DNA of 64,000 nt, taken from the IMG/VR virus record IMGVR_UViG_3300042336_000327, positions 62,001 to 126,000 of that record, one strand, 5' to 3'. Positions 57,481 to 64,000 of this stretch are shown here, piece after piece. The translations under genes were made by a program, and so were the position numbers. Below the pieces are notes generated by a model. It made no database searches. It saw only the letters and a program-made list of their open reading frames with translations, and was not told where the DNA came from. Origin of the DNA: an uncultured virus (IMG/VR IMGVR_UViG_3300042336_000327) (taxonomy: Duplodnaviria > Heunggongvirae > Uroviricota > Caudoviricetes). Positions within the stretch are counted from its first letter, which is position 1, and each line of letters starts with the position of its first letter.

Positions 57481-60318
57481 ATGGGTATTTTTAAGAAGAG
57501 TATAAGACATTCCAAGGGTTCCAACTTGGATGAAAAACTTAAGATGTTGGAATCTGAATTAAAAAAGACCGATGTTGCCGTTAATGACAGTGACAAGAAT
57601 TTTTTGTATGAGCAAAAAAATAAGGAGAATGAAGTTGTAAAATATAGTTGGAGAGAGGATGCTGTTCCTGCAAAAAATGATATTCTAACGGAAGAAATTT
57701 CTGTTGTAAGAGAATCAAAGGTAAATAATAATTCAATTAAGAAGGTAAAGGGGCATATTAATTCTGTAGAAGAAGAACTTTCTTTATTGAGAAAGCAAAT
57801 TTTTGATGAGATATCTGAAAATTTTCTTTTTAATATTCCAAGTATTGAAAAGAAAGTAGATAAGGTCTTAAGAATTTATAATGACCTTCAAGAGGGTTTG
57901 TTAAATCAACCACCAGAAACAGTTACTACAGATCCACTGACACCATTAGATCAAAATTTTGTAACGATTGAAGACCTGAATAAGCACTATAATTTATTCA
58001 TCAATCGTATTCAGGAGCAAATTGCTACAGTTGGTGGCGGTGGTGAAACTAAACTAAAGTATCTTGATGACGTTGTTGGTATTGCAACAAATGCTTCTGC
58101 TTATGATGGTAAGTATTTAAAGTATGATCATACTTTAGGAAAATTTGTATTTGAGACAGTAGTAGGTGGCGGTGGTCCAGGGACTCAAGGTATTCAAGGT
58201 ATCCAAGGTGTAGATGGCGCAAATGGAACAAATGGAACTCAAGGTGTTCAGGGTATCCAAGGTGTAGGTGGAACAAATGGATCTCAAGGTGTTCAGGGTA
58301 TCCAAGGTAGTGCATCAACAGTTCAAGGAATTCAAGGAACTCAAGGTGTTCAGGGTATTCAGGGAACTACTGGTAATTTTGGTGGCGTAACATTTGACTT
58401 TACTTTTGACTCTAATACTTCAGATACAGACCCTGGATCTGGTAGATTAAAGTTAAACAATGCTTCTGTCGGTATAGCAACCGAACTTTATATTGATGAC
58501 CAGGATGATAATGCTACTGATATTCAGGATTATCTAAGAACGATTGATGATTCTACTTCATCAATAAAGGGTCATTTTAGAATAACAAATAAATCAAACG
58601 CTTCTGATTTTGCTTTATTTGTTATTACTGGGTCAAGTGTAGAAGGAACAGGATATTTTAAAATTCCTTGTGGTATAAGCACCGCAAGTGCTTCTTCATT
58701 TTCTAACGATGAAGATGTAATTATTACTTTTGCTAGAACTGGTGATAAGGGGGATAGCGGTACTCAAGGAACTCAAGGTATTCAAGGTGTTACTGGGTCT
58801 GGAGCTCAAGGTACAGCAGGAACTCAAGGTTCTGGAGGAACTCAAGGTACTCAGGGGTCACAAGGACGCCAGGGTATTCAGGGTGTTCAGGGATACGGTG
58901 GAACTCAAGGAACACAAGGTCGTCAAGGTGTTCAGGGTATTCAGGGCACTATAGGGGCAGGAACTCAAGGAACTCAGGGTGTTCAGGGTGAGGGTGGAAC
59001 TCAAGGTTCTGGGGGAATCCAAGGTGCCAATGGTGCAACTGGTTCTCAAGGTGTTCAGGGTAACCAGGGTCTTCAAGGTGGTCAAGGTGTCCAGGGAAAT
59101 GATGGATCTGCAACTTTCCAGGGATATCAAGGTATTCAAGGTGTCGCTGGGTCTAATGGAACTCAGGGAAATCAGGGAATATCAGGTGAAGCAGCTGCCC
59201 AAGGATATCAAGGTATTCAAGGTGTTGTTGGTGGGCAAGGTGTTCAAGGGACTCAAGGTGTTCAGGGTTCTGATGCGACGGTTCAAGGTATTCAAGGTAC
59301 TCAGGGTTCTAATGGAACTCAGGGTACAACTGGAACTGGAAGTCAAGGGATTCAAGGTTCTCAGGGAACTGGTGGGGCAACTGGAGGACCTGGTGCTCAG
59401 GGTATTCAGGGAAATGATGGTGCCTTTGCTTCTCAAGGTATTCAGGGAACCCAAGGTGTTCAGGGTGTCCAAGGAACACAAGCTTCACAGGGAACTCAAG
59501 GTATCCAAGGTATTCAAGGAATCCAAGGTATTACTGGAGCAGGAACTCAAGGTATTCAGGGTGTTCAAGGAACTCAGGGAATCCAGGGTATTTCTGGAAC
59601 AGGAACTCAAGGAACTCAGGGTATTCAGGGCATCGCTGGTGCAGGGACACAAGGTTCTCAAGGTATTCAAGGTATTCAAGGTATTCAAGGAACTCAGGGA
59701 ACTCAAGGTATCCAAGGTATTACTGGAGCAGGAACTCAAGGAACTCAAGGTGTTCAGGGAACTACTGGAACAGCAACACAAGGAATTCAAGGTATTACTG
59801 GATCCCAGGGAACACAGGGTATAGCAGGTTCTGCCGCCGCCCAAGGAATTCAGGGTGTTCAAGGACCTGCAGGAGCTGGTGGTGGGGGTGGAGAATCTTA
59901 CTGGGTAGCAACTGGCGTTGGCATTCATACACTTTCCAATGTTGGCATTGCTACAACAAATCCAGTATCAAAACTACAAGTTGAGAGATACGGAGTATCA
60001 ACAGGATTTGGAACCTTCAATTCTACTGTTGGAGTTGCAACTGATATTGATAGCTTTACAATCGCAACAACTGACTTTAAGACAGCAGAATATACACTCC
60101 ATGTTGGATATGGAACTTATATTCAATCTCAGAAAGTTCTTGTCATGCAAAACGGAACCACCGCATATTCACAAGAATATGCAATCATGTATGACCCATC
60201 GATTGTTGTTTCTGTTGGAGCTACAGTCTCTGCTGGAGTGTGTAAATTACAAGCAACTCCAGAGGCAGGTGTTACAGGATTAACAACCTATAGATTTGTA
60301 AGAACTACACTACTCTAA
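57481..60318 (+). CDS. Collagen-like (G-X-Q) tail-fibre/structural protein
   Basis: Long GTQ/GIQ/GVQ triplet tracts; GGGGET..LDDV; NVGIATTNP fibre motif. Confidence 0.8.
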   Translation: MGIFKKSIRHSKGSNLDEKLKMLESELKKTDVAVNDSDKNFLYEQKNKENEVVKYSWREDAVPAKNDILTEEISVVRESKVNNNSIKKVKGHINSVEEELSLLRKQIFDEISENFLFNIPSIEKKVDKVLRIYNDLQEGLLNQPPETVTTDPLTPLDQNFVTIEDLNKHYNLFINRIQEQIATVGGGGETKLKYLDDVVGIATNASAYDGKYLKYDHTLGKFVFETVVGGGGPGTQGIQGIQGVDGANGTNGTQGVQGIQGVGGTNGSQGVQGIQGSASTVQGIQGTQGVQGIQGTTGNFGGVTFDFTFDSNTSDTDPGSGRLKLNNASVGIATELYIDDQDDNATDIQDYLRTIDDSTSSIKGHFRITNKSNASDFALFVITGSSVEGTGYFKIPCGISTASASSFSNDEDVIITFARTGDKGDSGTQGTQGIQGVTGSGAQGTAGTQGSGGTQGTQGSQGRQGIQGVQGYGGTQGTQGRQGVQGIQGTIGAGTQGTQGVQGEGGTQGSGGIQGANGATGSQGVQGNQGLQGGQGVQGNDGSATFQGYQGIQGVAGSNGTQGNQGISGEAAAQGYQGIQGVVGGQGVQGTQGVQGSDATVQGIQGTQGSNGTQGTTGTGSQGIQGSQGTGGATGGPGAQGIQGNDGAFASQGIQGTQGVQGVQGTQASQGTQGIQGIQGIQGITGAGTQGIQGVQGTQGIQGISGTGTQGTQGIQGIAGAGTQGSQGIQGIQGIQGTQGTQGIQGITGAGTQGTQGVQGTTGTATQGIQGITGSQGTQGIAGSAAAQGIQGVQGPAGAGGGGGESYWVATGVGIHTLSNVGIATTNPVSKLQVERYGVSTGFGTFNSTVGVATDIDSFTIATTDFKTAEYTLHVGYGTYIQSQKVLVMQNGTTAYSQEYAIMYDPSIVVSVGATVSAGVCKLQATPEAGVTGLTTYRFVRTTLL

Positions 60319-60319
60319 T

Positions 60320-62377
60320 ATGACACGATTACTTCCCATATCAGAAGATGTTGAGATTGTTCTATCTCCAGAAACTCCTGTCATAGAGTATTCTCCAGAC
60401 CCTATTGATGAATATATTGTTGTTGTTGAGGATGCTGGAGATTGGGAAGAGATTCATGGTTACATCATCAATGAAAATGAGATTGATGGAATTCCAAATA
60501 GGGCAATACCCTGCATAAACACTCAAGAACATTCTCTTAGAACTTCGATTTATTTGATGAGTCAGGAAGAGGCAGAAGTTCTCAAGTCTCATCCTAAAAT
60601 TGAAAGTGTGGAATTGAATCCAGAAAAGTATCCGCAACCACAATCGACCGATACTCTAAGATATAAAAAACCAATTGCATTTAATAAACCTGAATTAGTC
60701 GCTGCTTTTGATACTGAGACAACTTATTTTCTAAATGAGACTCGTTCTAATTGGTCTCACTTATTTGTTACTAATCCCACGAGTTTGCCATTTAAAGGAG
60801 TTGGTGTTACTAGCACAACGTATGCTGAGAGTGATGTTGAATATTCTTTGACGGGTAGAGGAGTTGATGCAGTCATTATTGATTCTGGAGTTGCTCATTT
60901 GCATCCAGAATTTCAAAGTCCAGATGGAACTTATAGAGTTAAAGATGTAATTCTTGATGGTCCATATAAAGTTGATCCTGATTACTTTACAAGTAGGGGT
61001 TTAACTTATACTAAGATTGTGGATGGCGTGAATCTTGGAGTTGGTATTGTGACAACTGCAGCTGCTGCATGGTGGAGCACTGCAGCTAGTCGCTCTGCTG
61101 CGTTTCAAAGTTTAGGAACAGTTTCGGTAACTGCTTTATATACTGTTCCTCATGTAGCAACTAAAACTTCTAATGCGAGTAGTAATCAATTGGTTGATGG
61201 TCATGGGACTGCTTGTGCTTCTCAAATCGGTGGTAAATCTTTTGGATTAGCATTTGAGTGCAACTTATGGAATATTAGAATTTCTCTTAGTGGAGTAGGT
61301 GGATATATTGCTGGGTCATCAGCACTGGATATTTGTACTATTTGGCACCAGGCAAAAAGAATTGCTCAGAATGGAAATCCAGATCCTACGATTATTAATA
61401 ATAGTTGGGGTCAGACTTCAACAACTGGTAATACAAATGGTACTCCATATAGTCATGGATATCGAGGTGCAACATTAAGTTATACTGGCAATGGAAGTAG
61501 TTTCACTGTTCAGGCAAATGCTGGTGCTTGCAGAAATACAAAATCTTTTACTTATAATACTGGTGGGGGAACCGCTTTATCTGCTTATTCTGGCAGCGGT
61601 GAATATACTCCACATTCTGCAACAACAAGTGCTTCAGCAGAAAATGCCATTGCTGCTGGATGTATCGTTGTAACATCTGCAGGAAATCAAAATCAAAAGT
61701 TTTCTGATGAAACTGATGTAGATTTTAATAATTGGTATAGTTCCACAACGAATTATGTTAATCGTTGTGGGGGGGTTAGTAGAGGATTCACTGGCATTCA
61801 TGAGAGGAAAAAAGGAACTATACGAGTGGGTGCTTTAGATTGTTCTGTAGAGCCAGCAGATTCAAAGCAAGGATCTACTCCATATGCAATCAGGAGAGTT
61901 TGTTATTCTAACTCTGGTCCAATGATTAATGTTTGGGCACCTGCAGAAATGACCATGGCTGCAGGATATACATCCACATATGAAGATTTTGCGAGACAGG
62001 ATAATATAACTTTTTATGATACTTGGTTTAATGGCACCAGCTCTGCAGGACCAAATACTTGTTCAGCAATTGCTTTGTATCTTGAATCAAATCGAAAAGC
62101 AACGCAAGCAGATGTACATGAGTGGTTAGATAGACATGGAAGTGTAGAAATCAATTTGTCAGATCCATATCCAGACCCAAATTCTACGGGATATTGGTCA
62201 CAGACTTATAATGCTACTTTTGATTCTGCATCTAGTACTAATGATTCTTATAATGTTCGTGGTAATGGTAGTTTGAGAGGTGCTCCTAAGAAAGTCCTTC
62301 GAAACCCTTTTGCAACTAATCAGCAGAGTTCAATTTCTGGTGTCCAGATGTCTGGCATTTTATTCACCCAATCCTAA
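60320..62377 (+). CDS. Subtilisin-like (S8) serine protease
   Basis: IIDSG, GHGTACAS, NNSWG, SAGN, NGTSSAGP. Confidence 0.88.
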   Translation: MTRLLPISEDVEIVLSPETPVIEYSPDPIDEYIVVVEDAGDWEEIHGYIINENEIDGIPNRAIPCINTQEHSLRTSIYLMSQEEAEVLKSHPKIESVELNPEKYPQPQSTDTLRYKKPIAFNKPELVAAFDTETTYFLNETRSNWSHLFVTNPTSLPFKGVGVTSTTYAESDVEYSLTGRGVDAVIIDSGVAHLHPEFQSPDGTYRVKDVILDGPYKVDPDYFTSRGLTYTKIVDGVNLGVGIVTTAAAAWWSTAASRSAAFQSLGTVSVTALYTVPHVATKTSNASSNQLVDGHGTACASQIGGKSFGLAFECNLWNIRISLSGVGGYIAGSSALDICTIWHQAKRIAQNGNPDPTIINNSWGQTSTTGNTNGTPYSHGYRGATLSYTGNGSSFTVQANAGACRNTKSFTYNTGGGTALSAYSGSGEYTPHSATTSASAENAIAAGCIVVTSAGNQNQKFSDETDVDFNNWYSSTTNYVNRCGGVSRGFTGIHERKKGTIRVGALDCSVEPADSKQGSTPYAIRRVCYSNSGPMINVWAPAEMTMAAGYTSTYEDFARQDNITFYDTWFNGTSSAGPNTCSAIALYLESNRKATQADVHEWLDRHGSVEINLSDPYPDPNSTGYWSQTYNATFDSASSTNDSYNVRGNGSLRGAPKKVLRNPFATNQQSSISGVQMSGILFTQS

Positions 62378-62394
62378 ATACTTAAAAAAGAGAA

Positions 62395-63552
62395 ATGGCA
62401 GATAAGAAATTTGGAGTAAAACAGATAGATCTGATTGGTGCTTCTGGCACTCCAAACTTAACTAGTCCTAATAATTTAAATCTTAATGCTGTCACTGTCG
62501 CAATCAGCACAGATGTAACCATTGGTGGTCAGGTAACCTCCAATATTATTGTTGGAACTGGAAAATCAATTGGTATAGGCACGACAGTTCCAACAGGGGA
62601 CTTGGATGTTAGAGGACAGACAAATTTAAGTAATCTAAATGTTTCTGGTGTTTCTACATTTGCTGGAATCACTACAGTTACTGGATCTACTTTATTTTCT
62701 AAGCAACTGGATGTTGTTGGTGTTTCTACATTTAGAACTAATGTCGATATTTACAATGGAATTTTATCATTAAAAACACCTACTGATGAAAATGTTTTTT
62801 CACTCTCATATAGTGCTGCTAATGATGATGTAACTTTCAATTTTCAACAGACTGGTGGAACTGGAGGAAGTCGAGTTATATATCAATTACTTGATAATGC
62901 AGAATTTTATATTAGTAATGCTTCAACTGGTGGTGGTATTGCAAGATTTGTTGCGAATGGTGCCAACGAACTTTATTATGATGATGTTAAAAAGTTTGAA
63001 ACTCTCGGTGCTGGTGTAACAATCAATGGAACTACCTTTACCAACCAATTAAGTGTTTCTGGTGTTTCTACATTTGTTGGAATTGCCACTCATTCTGCGT
63101 CTTTATTTGGAACTCAAGCATCCTTTACTGGTGTAGTCACAGCAACATCATTCTCTGGATCTAATACTCTTAAATCAAGGACAATAGTATCTGGAGTTAC
63201 AACATCAATTCCAAATAATGGAATTGGCAATACTAATATTACTGGATTTAAGTCTTACTCATTAATGAAGGTTGGTCTTTCTACTGCAGGTTGGTTGAGA
63301 CTATATACTGATAGTGCATCTCGCTCTGCTGATGCCTCTCGTTCGATTGGTATTGATCCATCACCTGGAAGTGGAGTGATTGCTGAGGTTATCACCACAG
63401 GCATTTCAACAACGCAAATCATATCTCCTTTTGTAATGGGTGGTAATTTGAATAACCCTGCTGATACTACAGTTTATGCAGCAATCACGAATCTTTCTGG
63501 AGTCACTTCAAGTATTTCTGTAAATCTAACACTTCTTCAACTGGAGGCATAA
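62395..63552 (+). CDS. Tail-fibre-like structural protein
   Basis: Repeated VSGVSTF, GIGTT.P and KFETLGAGV motifs; CTAAATA upstream. Confidence 0.7.
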   Translation: MADKKFGVKQIDLIGASGTPNLTSPNNLNLNAVTVAISTDVTIGGQVTSNIIVGTGKSIGIGTTVPTGDLDVRGQTNLSNLNVSGVSTFAGITTVTGSTLFSKQLDVVGVSTFRTNVDIYNGILSLKTPTDENVFSLSYSAANDDVTFNFQQTGGTGGSRVIYQLLDNAEFYISNASTGGGIARFVANGANELYYDDVKKFETLGAGVTINGTTFTNQLSVSGVSTFVGIATHSASLFGTQASFTGVVTATSFSGSNTLKSRTIVSGVTTSIPNNGIGNTNITGFKSYSLMKVGLSTAGWLRLYTDSASRSADASRSIGIDPSPGSGVIAEVITTGISTTQIISPFVMGGNLNNPADTTVYAAITNLSGVTSSISVNLTLLQLEA

Positions 63553-63559
63553 GTAACAA

Positions 63560-64000
63560 ATGGCTATTACGACTACAACATTTACAAAATCAGTAGGATG
63601 GGCAAGAACTGATGTGATTGATCAGTTGGAGCAAGCATTCACTTGGTTAGAATTGCACGGAACTCAGATATCAGGACTTGTGACCAGTATTAGTTCTTAT
63701 AGTGGTGGTGGAACGGTTGGATCTTCTGGTACATATTATTATGATGTTCCTGTCGCAACTACAACTGGTATTGGGACAGGAGCAACATTTGATATTAGTA
63801 GAACTAGTGGTTCAATATCTGCTGTTTATGTCAATCGTCCAGGAGAAAATTATGTTCAAGGAGAATATGTAACTCTATCTGCTGCTGATATTGGTGGCGG
63901 ATCTGCGGTTGCGATAGGAATTACTGTAAATGTTGATGGTGGTGCATCTCCAGTTGGATATGGATCAACCAATCAATTTTTTGATAAAAACTTCACACCT
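63560..64000 (+). CDS. Structural protein N-terminus (truncated by window end)
   Basis: Frame open to the window end: MAITTTTFTK...GTGATFDI...PGENY..GE. Confidence 0.65.
   Translation, partial: MAITTTTFTKSVGWARTDVIDQLEQAFTWLELHGTQISGLVTSISSYSGGGTVGSSGTYYYDVPVATTTGIGTGATFDISRTSGSISAVYVNRPGENYVQGEYVTLSAADIGGGSAVAIGITVNVDGGASPVGYGSTNQFFDKNFTP

Noticed and set aside
58180..59870. Dense short repeats as a possible CRISPR or satellite array
   Set aside because: They are 9-nt coding triplet repeats of a collagen-like ORF with no unique spacers. The overlapping ORFs (e.g. 58979..59824) are shadows of the repeat.

Overview
A 64-kb segment of a T4-like cyanomyophage (AT-rich, TAAATA late promoters, sigma70-type early promoters). 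It contains core replication genes (uvsX 3' end, gp41, mazG, gp61, nrdA/nrdB) and late/head-associated genes, followed by a lysis/envelope block (C39-like peptidase, GH24 lysozyme, autotransporter-like barrel, lipase, metalloprotease, SNase). It also carries nine tRNAs interleaved with HNH endonucleases and 2OG-Fe(II) oxygenases, host-derived genes (porin, pstS, dps, gnd, PTOX, ndhP, talC-like, two hli, petF, peroxiredoxin), a ~13-kb sugar/glycosyltransferase island and tail-fibre genes. The most striking observation is at the nrdB 3' end. Three normally acidic tail residues, including the E. coli beta-E350 equivalent, are encoded as Gln (APQQTQVQSY). This tail is followed by a GIY-YIG homing endonuclease and a Cys-His-Asp transglutaminase/deamidase-like gene, with a relic second copy of the nrdB 3' end exactly 1100 bp downstream. 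My hypothesis is a mobile cassette that recodes its target and repairs the protein by Gln-to-Glu deamidation. A second notable signal is a candidate sRNA (tRNA-Gly leader) whose 5' end is complementary to the translation-initiation regions of two late membrane-protein genes. All family calls come from motif recognition by eye; no searches were run.
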